Source: a bacterium
GTDB lineage: Bacteria > SAR324 > NAC60-12
Reading direction: 5' to 3'
Assembly: GCA_965209155.1 (NCBI GenBank)
Contig: OZ242383.1
Coordinates: forward strand, 1,440,001 to 1,504,000
DNA length: 64,000 nt
Shown: positions 18,890 through 27,762 of the stretch, in pieces
Layout: each line of letters opens with the position of its first letter
Numbering within the stretch: the first letter of the stretch is position 1
Translations under genes and position numbers: made by a program
The notes under the pieces: generated by a model
What the model was told of the DNA's origin: nothing
Database searches by the model: none
Seen by the model: the letters and a program-made list of their open reading frames with translations, nothing else

Positions 18890-20578
18890 ATGTCCAGAAT
18901 GACCGGAGCTCGATTTTTTGCGGAAACCGTCCATGGTTATGGGGTCACCCATGTCTTCTTTATGCCCTATATCGCTCCAAGGGCGTTGATGGAAATGGAA
19001 AAGTTGGGGATTAAACGCGTACAGAGCCGAGGAGAAAAGGGAGCGGCCTACATGGCCGATGCCTATGCTCGGGTGAAACGTGGACCGGGCCTGTGTATGG
19101 CGCAGTCCGTCGGCGCGGTCAATCTGGCCGCGGGTTTACAGGACGCTTACCTGGCCTGTTCGCCGGTAATTGCAGTAACCGGAAGGGAATTCCAGCAGCA
19201 CCAACAACGCAATGCGTATCAGGAAGTCGATCACAGAAGTCCTTTCTCGGCAGTGACGAAATACAGCGCCTACCTGTCCACGCCGGAACAGCTTCCTACC
19301 TATTTACGTCAGGCTTTCCGTGCTGCAACGTCTGGTACGCCAAGACCGGTTCATCTCGACTTGGAGGGGCTTGCCGGGCAAAGCGTGATTGATAAGGAAG
19401 GTGACCTGGAAGTCGTTATAGAAGAGGGTTTCTCTCAACTCCCTCCCTTCCGACCTGTGGCAGAGAAGGAAAAAATCGAGTCGTCGCTCAAGCTGCTCAG
19501 TCAGGCGAAAAAGCCCATCATCGTCGCAGGAGGGGGTGTGACCGCTTCGGGAGCGCGAAACGAGCTGATAACCCTGGCCGAAAAACTTTCCATTCCAGTA
19601 GCGACTGCTTTGAACGCGAAGGCCATGTTTCCTGCAGATCATCCACTGGCAGTGGGTGTTCCGGGTCACTATTCACGAGATTGCGCCAATCAAGCTGTCT
19701 GTGAAGCAGATCTTGTTTTCTTCATTGGCAGTCGTTCCGGGGGACAGGTGACTTATTTTTACCGTATTCCTCCACAAGGAACACCAGTCATTCATCTCGA
19801 TATCAGCCCGGAAGAACTGGGCCGCAACTATGCCACCAAGGTGGGAATGCAGGGTGATGTGCGGAACACGTTGCGCTCTATGATCGAGCTTGCAGAACCA
19901 ACTGAACCTCGTACGGGATGGCTCAACCGGGTGCAGGAACTGGTGAAAGCCTGGAAAGAAAGCGTCAGTGAAGTGTTCAATTCGGACGTCTTACCCATGC
20001 GACCGGAACGTCTCTGCCGGGAAATTTCCGATTGCTTGCCCTCCGACGCGATCCTGGTCTCCGATACCGGTCATTCGGGAATCTGGACTGGTACCATGAT
20101 TGACTTGAAACATCCGGGACAAAGCTTTATCCGCTGCGCAGGTTCACTCGGGTGGGGACTCCCTGCTGCCGTGGGAGCCAAATGCGCCGCACCGGACAGA
20201 CCCGTGCTCTGTTTCATCGGCGATGGTGGCATCTGGTACCACCTTTCAGATTTGGAAACCGCAAAACGGTGTGGCATCAACCCGGTCATCCTGGTCAACG
20301 ACAATCATTCCTTGAACCAGGAGCAGGGTGGTGTCGAGGAAATCTATGGTGGGAGATCAGCAGGTTCTGATGAACTCTGGCTTTTTCCCGAAGTCGACTT
20401 CGCCAGGATTGCTGAGTCGATGGGATGTTTCGGAGTCGTCGTAAACAAACCCAGTGAACTATCCGGTGCTTTGGATCAAGCCTTTTCTGCCGGGAAACCG
20501 GCTGTGGTTGACGTCAAAACACACCTCGAAGGGATTGCTCCACAACCCTATCTACCCGAGGGTAAGCATGAACCTTGA
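18890..20578 (+). CDS. Thiamine diphosphate-dependent enzyme (acetolactate synthase-like)
   Basis: EKGAAYMADAYAR, GSLGWGLPAAVGA, GDGG...ND ThDP motif. Confidence 0.9.
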   Translation: MSRMTGARFFAETVHGYGVTHVFFMPYIAPRALMEMEKLGIKRVQSRGEKGAAYMADAYARVKRGPGLCMAQSVGAVNLAAGLQDAYLACSPVIAVTGREFQQHQQRNAYQEVDHRSPFSAVTKYSAYLSTPEQLPTYLRQAFRAATSGTPRPVHLDLEGLAGQSVIDKEGDLEVVIEEGFSQLPPFRPVAEKEKIESSLKLLSQAKKPIIVAGGGVTASGARNELITLAEKLSIPVATALNAKAMFPADHPLAVGVPGHYSRDCANQAVCEADLVFFIGSRSGGQVTYFYRIPPQGTPVIHLDISPEELGRNYATKVGMQGDVRNTLRSMIELAEPTEPRTGWLNRVQELVKAWKESVSEVFNSDVLPMRPERLCREISDCLPSDAILVSDTGHSGIWTGTMIDLKHPGQSFIRCAGSLGWGLPAAVGAKCAAPDRPVLCFIGDGGIWYHLSDLETAKRCGINPVILVNDNHSLNQEQGGVEEIYGGRSAGSDELWLFPEVDFARIAESMGCFGVVVNKPSELSGALDQAFSAGKPAVVDVKTHLEGIAPQPYLPEGKHEP

Positions 20579-21506
20579 CGATATTGAAAAAGCAAGTGTG
20601 ATTGGTGGTGGAATAATGGGCTTCGGCATTGCCATCAACTTTGCTCGCAATGGTTTTCCCACCGTCATTCACGACTTGAATGACGAAACCCTGGAACGAT
20701 CGAAAAAGTTGGTTCAATCCGCCTTGACTCTCTTTGTCGACGAGGAATTGATTTCTCAAGCCCAAGCCGATGACGCCGCGAGTCGTATCCGCTGGACCAC
20801 CGATTTGGAAGAGGCTGCTGCAAGTGATTTTATCACCGAAGCCATTGTTGAACGCTTAAAAGACAAGCAAAAACTCTTCAATACCCTGGACAAACTCTGC
20901 CCCCCGCATACCATTATTGTGAGCAACACTTCAGGTCTGGTAATGAGCGATATCGGCGCAGGTGCGCAACGGCAGGACAAAATTGCGGTGACCCACTATT
21001 TTGCGCCTCCCCACATCGTACCCGGAGTGGAAGTGGCAAAGGGACCTGGCACGAGTGAGGAAACATACGAGCTCACTTATAACCTGATGAAGAAAGTGAA
21101 GAAAATTCCGATCAGGGTACTCAAAGAGCGGCCAGGCTATCTTCTCAATCGCATGCAAAGTGCATTGAGTAGAGAAGTCCTTCGTTTGTGGGCCGAGGGG
21201 GTGGCAACGGCGGAAGAGATCGAACTCGGCATCAAAACGACCTTTGGTTTTCGCATGCCCCATGAGGGCTCGATGGGGCACTATGACGTGAGTGGCTACT
21301 GGAAATGGCCGGCCGACGTTCGCACCCCCTGGCTATTCAAACCGGATACCTCGCCTGTCGATGAATACACAAAAAAAATCAGGACTCGTATGGAAGAAGG
21401 AAAACCCTGGTTTTTTGCGCCGGAGCAGTTTGAAGAAGCCTTGGAAAAAAGAGATCGAGAGTACATTCAACGCCTGAAATCACTGTATGGCTCCGATCTC
21501 GCATGA
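20568..21506 (+). CDS. 3-hydroxyacyl-CoA dehydrogenase family protein
   Basis: GGGIMGFGIA, EAIVE, SNTS, HYFAPPH, PGYLLNR. Confidence 0.9.
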   Translation: MNLDDIEKASVIGGGIMGFGIAINFARNGFPTVIHDLNDETLERSKKLVQSALTLFVDEELISQAQADDAASRIRWTTDLEEAAASDFITEAIVERLKDKQKLFNTLDKLCPPHTIIVSNTSGLVMSDIGAGAQRQDKIAVTHYFAPPHIVPGVEVAKGPGTSEETYELTYNLMKKVKKIPIRVLKERPGYLLNRMQSALSREVLRLWAEGVATAEEIELGIKTTFGFRMPHEGSMGHYDVSGYWKWPADVRTPWLFKPDTSPVDEYTKKIRTRMEEGKPWFFAPEQFEEALEKRDREYIQRLKSLYGSDLA

Positions 21507-21539
21507 CCCCTGTCCGAACAATAATTAATAGGTGTCCGC

Positions 21540-21842
21540 TTACCAGTTGAAAGGGTTGATCAGCCGTGCCAGGAGGCCTCGTTTGCGTTTCTTTGTGGCG
21601 CCGTAACTGCCCTCTCTACAGCGCAGTCGGGGATCGAGCAGGTCCCTGAGGGCATCTCCGAACATGTTGAGGGAGTAGACGACCAGCGTGAGGAAAAGCC
21701 CCGGCCAGAGCGCATGTTCCATGACCCTGCGCCATTCGCGGCTGAGCATGCCTCCCCAGCTGGGAATCTTGATGGGTAGCCCGAATCCGAGGAAGCTCAG
21801 CGAGGCTTCGGCAATAATGACGCCGCCGATGTTGATGGAGAA
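21540..21842 (-). pseudogene. DppC/OppC-type ABC permease, 3' fragment
   Basis: FSINIGGVIIAEASLSFLGFG...PSWG...GDALRDLLDPR; 5' part replaced by brnT sequence. Confidence 0.85.
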
Positions 21843-22109
21843 TTTGAATGGGACGAAAGTAAGAATAAAGAAAATATTCGAAACCATGGCCTCGACTTTA
21901 AAGACGCACGCGAAGTCTCTGATGGACCTCGCTTTACCCTTGATGATTTACGTTTTGACTATAGCGAGGCACGTTCCATCACCATCGGATTTTCTAATAA
22001 TCGTGTGGTGGTCGTTGCCTACACAGAATTAGAAGATTCCATTAGAATCATCTCAATGAGAAAAGCTAATGCCAAGGAAAAAAAGATCTTCACAAAGCGA
22101 TTGGGCTAG
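21840..22109 (+). pseudogene. brnT: BrnT-family toxin lacking its start codon
   Basis: EFEWDESKNKENIRNHGLDF...DYSEARSITIG...IRIISMRKA; in-frame stop at 21777-21779 and no start codon between it and 21840. Confidence 0.85.
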
Positions 22110-22335
22110 AGTTGATACGATGAGCGATACAGCTATTGATTATTCCGAGATTGCAGAATTGGGTGATGAATTCTGGAAAAATGCCCAATTGATCATGCCA
22201 GAAAATAAGATCAAGGTAACGATGCGGCTTGACCCAGATGTTATGAACTGGTTCAAAAGTCAAGGGAAGGGGTACCAAACAAAGATTAATGCAGTATTGA
22301 AATCCTATATTGAAGCTCACTCCAAAGCATCATAA
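22069..22335 (+). CDS. brnA: BrnA-family antitoxin
   Basis: VTMRLDPDVMNWFKSQGKGYQTKINAVL; overlaps the brnT 3' end. Confidence 0.9.
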   Translation: MPRKKRSSQSDWARVDTMSDTAIDYSEIAELGDEFWKNAQLIMPENKIKVTMRLDPDVMNWFKSQGKGYQTKINAVLKSYIEAHSKAS

Positions 22336-22343
22336 AAAACACC

Positions 22344-22418
22344 AGATAACAATAGGATAAACTGTACTCGAGGGGCACTTTTTGCTTCCCTCGAATACGG
22401 TTATCCTGAACATTAGCA
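22344..22418 (+). other. Degenerate integron attC site
   Basis: AGATAAC-AATAG-GATAAAC...hairpin...GTTATC-CTGAAC-ATTAGCA; extrahelical base at the L box; R' is ATT rather than GTT. Confidence 0.7.
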
Positions 22419-22570
22419 CTATGAATAATCCAGGTCTAAAAAAGGAATAGGTTCTCTCGGGCCTGATTCTTCCCAATGACCAAACTTGACGCAGAAGAAA
22501 AGACAGCGATTCTTAGGAAGGAAAATGGGATGGGTTCCTCCCCGTTTTCACAAGGACAAGTTTTGTGTGC

Positions 22571-23190
22571 TTACCGCTGAAAAGGGTTGATCAGTCGGGC
22601 CAGGAGACTTCGTTTGCGTTTCCCTGTGGTGCCGTAACGACCGCTCCCACCCCGCAGCCTGGGGTCGAACAGGTCCCTGAGGGCGTCACCGAACATATTG
22701 AGGGAGTAGACGGTAATCGTCAGGCATAGCCCGGGCCAGAGCGCCAGCCATGGTGCTTGCTCCATGTACTTCCGCCCTTCCCGGCTGAGCAGACTTCCCC
22801 AGCTGGGAATCTCGACGGGCAGCCCGTATCCGAGAAAGCTCAGTGAGGCCTCGGCAATGATGACGCCGCCAATGTTGATCGAGAAGACGATGAGGATCGG
22901 CGCCATAATATTAGGCAGGACATGGCGTAAGAGGATTTGGTTCGTGGAGGTGCCCACGGCTTTGGCTGCCAGAAAATAGTCATTCTCTTTGACACCAATC
23001 ACCGCCCCTCGGACGACGCGGGAACCGCTGATGCCTCCGGTGATGCCCAGGACCACGATGACCTGGAGGAGCCCCTCTCCCACAAGCGACATGATGGTTA
23101 GCAACACAAGCAGTCCCGGGAAGGCCATCCAGGCATCGACAAAGCGCTGCACCGCCAGGTCCACTTTCCCCCCCAGGAATCCGGAGTGGA
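22571..23190 (-). pseudogene. DppC/OppC-type ABC permease, 5'-truncated paralog
   Basis: Begins at SGFLGGKVDLAVQRFVDAW; EAA loop KENDYFLAAKAVG; lacks the N-terminal third. Confidence 0.8.
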
Positions 23191-23239
23191 GTTCCCATTT
23201 CGGTATGATGAAATTCTCAAAAAAGTGTCTGTAAAAATT

Positions 23240-24190
23240 TTATCCTTTCTTTCTTTTCTCACGTAGTTTCATTGCCCTTTTCGAACCACCAAAACCTCCG
23301 GTACTGCCTCTCAGCCGGGGATCCAGCAAATCTCGCAATGCGTCCCCAAACATGTTGACTCCATAAACGACGGCAACGAGACAGAGCCCGGGCCACAACG
23401 CCAGACGGGGGGCCATCTCCATATACTGGCGTCCTTCCCTGCTGAGCAACCCCCCCCAGCTGGGCACCTCCGGGGGTAAACCGAAGCCGAGAAAGCTGAG
23501 TGCCGCTTCAGACATGATGACGGCGCCGATGTTGATTGAAAAGATAATGATGATGGGAGGCATGATATTGGGTAAGACATGTCGCTTCAGCGTTTGACTG
23601 AGGGGAGTGCCCACTGCTTTGGCTGCCAGGAAGTAGTCGTTTTCTTTAATTGAGATGACGGCGCTCCTCACGATCCTCGAGTTACCGATGCCATACGAAA
23701 CCCCTAAAACCACTATGATCTGCAAGACCCCTTGACCCACAACGGACATGACCGTCAACAACAAAAGCAGTCCGGGAAAAGACATCCAGGCATCAACGAA
23801 TCGCTGAATGGCCAGGTCGAATTTTCCACCAAGGAAACCGGCAACCCCACCAACTAAAACCGAAACCAGAATACTGAGCGCAGTTGCCGATACGCCGACA
23901 AGGGATGAATGGCGAGCTCCATAAATGATGCGGCTTAAAAAATCTCGTCCCAATTGATCCGTTCCCAGAAGGTACTTGGTAGACGAGTCTTGAAGCCTGT
24001 CTATCAAATGGATTTCATTATAAGCAAAGGGTGCCAATACGTGAGCGAAGATACTGACAAGAATGAATATCAGAATTATTACGCCACCCACGGTGCCAAG
24101 AGGCTTTTCCTTTACCAGTCTTCTTAATAACTCGAGAATGACAGATTCTCTCTTTTCAGTTTCAACTGTCTCAATGGGGCGATCAGTCAT
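23240..24190 (-). CDS. Peptide/nickel ABC transporter permease (DppC-like)
   Basis: LGTDQLGRD, RHVLPN, EAALSFLG, GDALRDLLDPR. Confidence 0.92.
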   Translation of the reverse strand: MTDRPIETVETEKRESVILELLRRLVKEKPLGTVGGVIILIFILVSIFAHVLAPFAYNEIHLIDRLQDSSTKYLLGTDQLGRDFLSRIIYGARHSSLVGVSATALSILVSVLVGGVAGFLGGKFDLAIQRFVDAWMSFPGLLLLLTVMSVVGQGVLQIIVVLGVSYGIGNSRIVRSAVISIKENDYFLAAKAVGTPLSQTLKRHVLPNIMPPIIIIFSINIGAVIMSEAALSFLGFGLPPEVPSWGGLLSREGRQYMEMAPRLALWPGLCLVAVVYGVNMFGDALRDLLDPRLRGSTGGFGGSKRAMKLREKRKKG

Positions 24191-24217
24191 TTGATTTCTC
24201 CTCTCTCGTTTTTTTGT

Positions 24218-25174
24218 TTATTTATATCGTACTCTCGGGTCCAAATAAGGATATATCAAATCAGTCAGAAGATTGCCTCCCATCACCAGGGAGGCAAAGA
24301 GTAAATTGACTCCTGAGACAACGGGATAGTCCCGGTCGGTGAGGGCATCCAGTAAAAGACGACCCAAACCCGGCAAGGCAAAGATATTTTCGATGATCAC
24401 GGAACCGCCCACCAGGATCGGAAGATGCAGTCCAATCAAGGTGATCACCGGAATGAGGGCATTTTTAACAGCATGTCTGACAATCACTATGCGTTCCTTG
24501 AGACCCTTGGCCCAGGCCGTACGAATATAATCCTGACGCAGAACTTCGAGCATCATCGTGCGCGTCAAACGCATGATGCTTGCCGAAAAATGGGTTCCCA
24601 GAATCAAACAGGGAATGATGAAGGTGGAAAGATGTTTCACCGGATCTTCCGTGAATGGAACCAATTCCATGGGAGGAGACCAGGCCCACCAGATGGCCGG
24701 GTAAATCATCACCATGGTAGCAAGCCAGAAGTCGGGCGTTGCCAGGCCGATGATGGCGACAGAACGCCCCACGTAGTCGCCGGCCGTGTCTTGTAGTATC
24801 GCCGAATAGATGCCGACGGGTACTGCGATCAGGATGGCGATTGCAATGGCGAGCAGTCCCAACTCGATTGTCAGTGGCAACCTGCCGAATACCTTTTCTT
24901 CTACCGTCCAACCGCCCAACAAGGACTCTCCCATAGTACCCTGGAACAATATCCCTCCCATCCATTTTCCATACTGTACGTGGACAGGCTGGTCCAATCC
25001 CAACATCTTCTCGAGGGCCTCCCGGTCAATGTCTCCCGCCATGTATTGCATACGACCCACCATGGCATCGATGACATCGCCCGGAATGAAGCGTACCGAG
25101 AGAAAGACGAGAATGGTTAATAAAATCCAGGTGGGGATGAGCAGCAATATTCGCCTGAGGATATAAGCTTTCAT
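24218..25174 (-). CDS. Peptide/nickel ABC transporter permease (DppB-like)
   Basis: YILRR, PGD, GLDQP, MLEVLRQDYIRTAWAKGL, RDYPVV, LDPRVR. Confidence 0.93.
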   Translation of the reverse strand: MKAYILRRILLLIPTWILLTILVFLSVRFIPGDVIDAMVGRMQYMAGDIDREALEKMLGLDQPVHVQYGKWMGGILFQGTMGESLLGGWTVEEKVFGRLPLTIELGLLAIAIAILIAVPVGIYSAILQDTAGDYVGRSVAIIGLATPDFWLATMVMIYPAIWWAWSPPMELVPFTEDPVKHLSTFIIPCLILGTHFSASIMRLTRTMMLEVLRQDYIRTAWAKGLKERIVIVRHAVKNALIPVITLIGLHLPILVGGSVIIENIFALPGLGRLLLDALTDRDYPVVSGVNLLFASLVMGGNLLTDLIYPYLDPRVRYK

Positions 25175-25261
25175 GTCTTAAGCCTTTCTATTGTTTGAGG
25201 ATCTCCACGCAATCGCTTGACTATCAGCGTGCGAGGATTCCCTGATTTTTTCCCTCTTTCT

Positions 25262-26317
25262 TCATGGTGAGACCAGGGTCGGATCGTGGGCAACGCGAAC
25301 GACGAGCTTGCCAAAATTCTCACCCCTGAGCAGTCCGATCAGGGCTTGCGGAGCTTTTTCCAATCCATCTACGAAGTCTTCTCGAAAACGCAGTTTTCCG
25401 TCCTGGATCCATTGCGACAGACTGTTGAAGGCTTCTTGTTCCTGGTCGGCATAATCTCGCACGATGAAGCCACGAAATGTCAATCGCTTCGTCAGAATTT
25501 GGCGCAGGAGCATGGGCACCTGGTTCGGTCCACCAGGCAAGGCGGTGGCATTTGCAATGGCAACGGTTCCGCAGACTGGAATCCGCGCAAAATTATTGAA
25601 GTGAGGCAGCACCGTTTCAAATACTTTACCAGCGACGTTTTCGAAATAAACATCAATCCCACCAGGACAAGCGGCTGCCACTTGCCCTGCAAAATTGGCA
25701 TCCCGGTGATTGAGACAAGCATCGAATCCCAGTTCGTCTGTGACAAACTTACATTTTTCTGCGGATCCGGCAATACCTACTGTACGCGCCTCTTTAATTT
25801 TAGCGATCTGCCCGACGACGGATCCCACAGCTCCGGATGCGGCGGCAACTACAACCGTCTCTCCTTTCTTTGGTTTGCCGATGTTGATCAATCCCGTATA
25901 GGCAGTCATACCCGGCATTCCCAGCACACCCACGGCCGTTGAAATCGGTCCTTCCGCGGGATCAACCTTGCGGAGCGCCTTGCCCGGTAATGAGAAATAT
26001 TCTTGCCAGCCGCCGGAACCCACAACGATCTCTCCTTCCGAAAAGTCCGGATGCCTCGACTCGACCACTTGTCCTACCGTACCACCTTCCATCACCTCTC
26101 CGAGTTCCACTGGATTGGCGTAGTTCTTCCCCGCATTCATCCGCCCTCGCATATAAGGATCCAGGGATAGGTAAATCGTACGACTCAAGACCTGACCGTC
26201 ATTCAGAGAGGGTATGGAAAACTCAGCCAACTTGAAATCGCTCGTAGTGGGTTCCCCTTCCGGACGGGAAACCAAGAGGATTCGACGGTTCATGGAAACA
26301 GTCATTTCTTTCTCCAC
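25262..26317 (-). CDS. NADP-dependent oxidoreductase (CurA/prostaglandin reductase family)
   Basis: YLSLDPYMRGRM, LGMPGMTAY, AAASGAVGS, GENFGKLVV. Confidence 0.92.
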   Translation of the reverse strand: MEKEMTVSMNRRILLVSRPEGEPTTSDFKLAEFSIPSLNDGQVLSRTIYLSLDPYMRGRMNAGKNYANPVELGEVMEGGTVGQVVESRHPDFSEGEIVVGSGGWQEYFSLPGKALRKVDPAEGPISTAVGVLGMPGMTAYTGLINIGKPKKGETVVVAAASGAVGSVVGQIAKIKEARTVGIAGSAEKCKFVTDELGFDACLNHRDANFAGQVAAACPGGIDVYFENVAGKVFETVLPHFNNFARIPVCGTVAIANATALPGGPNQVPMLLRQILTKRLTFRGFIVRDYADQEQEAFNSLSQWIQDGKLRFREDFVDGLEKAPQALIGLLRGENFGKLVVRVAHDPTLVSP

Positions 26318-27424
26318 TCAAGCAAGGGTGAGCACGCCGCGATTGATCCGCCCGGCGAGCATGTCTGCATAAACTTCGTTGATCTGGTCCAAAGGAGAAC
26401 GACGTGAGATCAACTCGTCGAGTTTGAGTCGACCCGATTTGTACAACTGGATGATCCTGGGAAAATCCCGTTGACAGTTGCCGGTACCATAAAAACAGCC
26501 CAATACCCGGGTTTCCTGGTGGTGCATACGGAAGGTGTCGAATGTGACTTTCGCATCATGAGGTGCCACCCCAACCAAGGTCAGCGTGCCACCCCGTCTC
26601 AACGAGTAAATCGCCTTTTCCTGGACTGCCGGGTTGCCCGTGGCATCGAGCACGTGGTCCATACCACGCCCATTGGTGAGATCGAGCAGGGCTTGAGAAG
26701 TATCTTCCCTCGCATCCAGCGTATGTGTGGCGCCAAATTCTCGAGCGCTGTCGAACTTACCGGGAACCGTGTCGATCCCCACAATGATCTCCGCTCCACA
26801 GAGGGCAGCCCCTTGCAGAATATTGAGGCCAATTCCACCACAACCAAAGACTGCTACGGTCTCCCCAGGTCGAATCTGCGCCGTATACACTGAAGCGCCT
26901 ACACCCGTCATCACGGCGCAACCAACGAGCGAAGCAGACTCCATCGACACTTCAGGGTCGAGAGGAATACAAGCCTGTTCCGGCACGACGGCGTATTCAG
27001 CAAAAGTAGAATGGGTAGAAAACTGGGTCAAGGCATTGCCACCCAACCTCAGCCGGGTTGTACCATCCATTGCGGTTCCTTTTTCCAGAAAAGGTCGATA
27101 AGTCTCACACATGTTAGGCCGTTCACGTTGACAAAAAAAACATGTCCCACAAGCTGGAAACCAGGACAACATCACAGGGTCTCCTGGTGAAAATTTATTC
27201 ACTCCCTGCCCCAACTCTTCAACTACGCCAGCCCCTTCATGACCCAGCACGGCAGGAAAGGCTTTGGGAATTTCACCCATCACCTGGTGCCAATCACTGT
27301 GACAGGCTCCGCTTGCGGCGATGCGTACCAGTAATTCTCCTGGACCCGGGTCCTGAATATCGATCGTCTCTATGACAAATGGGCCACCTCGCTGGTGAAC
27401 CACGGCTGCTTTTGCGGTTTTCAT
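26318..27424 (-). CDS. Zinc-dependent alcohol dehydrogenase (class III-like)
   Basis: GACHSD, GHEGAG, CGTCFFC...C, GCGGIG. Confidence 0.92.
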   Translation of the reverse strand: MKTAKAAVVHQRGGPFVIETIDIQDPGPGELLVRIAASGACHSDWHQVMGEIPKAFPAVLGHEGAGVVEELGQGVNKFSPGDPVMLSWFPACGTCFFCQRERPNMCETYRPFLEKGTAMDGTTRLRLGGNALTQFSTHSTFAEYAVVPEQACIPLDPEVSMESASLVGCAVMTGVGASVYTAQIRPGETVAVFGCGGIGLNILQGAALCGAEIIVGIDTVPGKFDSAREFGATHTLDAREDTSQALLDLTNGRGMDHVLDATGNPAVQEKAIYSLRRGGTLTLVGVAPHDAKVTFDTFRMHHQETRVLGCFYGTGNCQRDFPRIIQLYKSGRLKLDELISRRSPLDQINEVYADMLAGRINRGVLTLA

Positions 27425-27465
27425 ATCGGCTCTCCATAAATTATTGAATTTAAAATTTACTGGTA

Positions 27466-27654
27466 ACGTGAATCAGGAGTTAAAAAACGTGTCATTCCTG
27501 GCTTGACCAGGAAACCAGGGGGATACGGGCGATATTTTGGATACCGGATCATCCTGGTCCCGGATCAAGTCCGGGATGATCTGGAACCGGCATGACACAT
27601 CATAATTATCAAATGATTGATTTTATAAATTAAATTTCAACTCCTGATTCGCAT
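27466..27654. mobile_element. MITE-like element with internal palindromic (RPE/REP-like) repeat
   Basis: TIRs ACGTGAATCAGGAGTTAAAA / ATGCGAATCAGGAGTTGAAA; internal TGTCATTCCTGGCTTGACCAGGAA...GCATGACA; IHF consensus at 27610-27622. Confidence 0.75.
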
Positions 27655-27762
27655 TGTTTCTAATCGAATAGAATCGATATTTTATTCAAAACTCAAACTA
27701 CTCCTCTCCCTATTCGCTTGTCAATAATTTTTTATTGTTTCCAATCTTCTATGGTGAAATAT

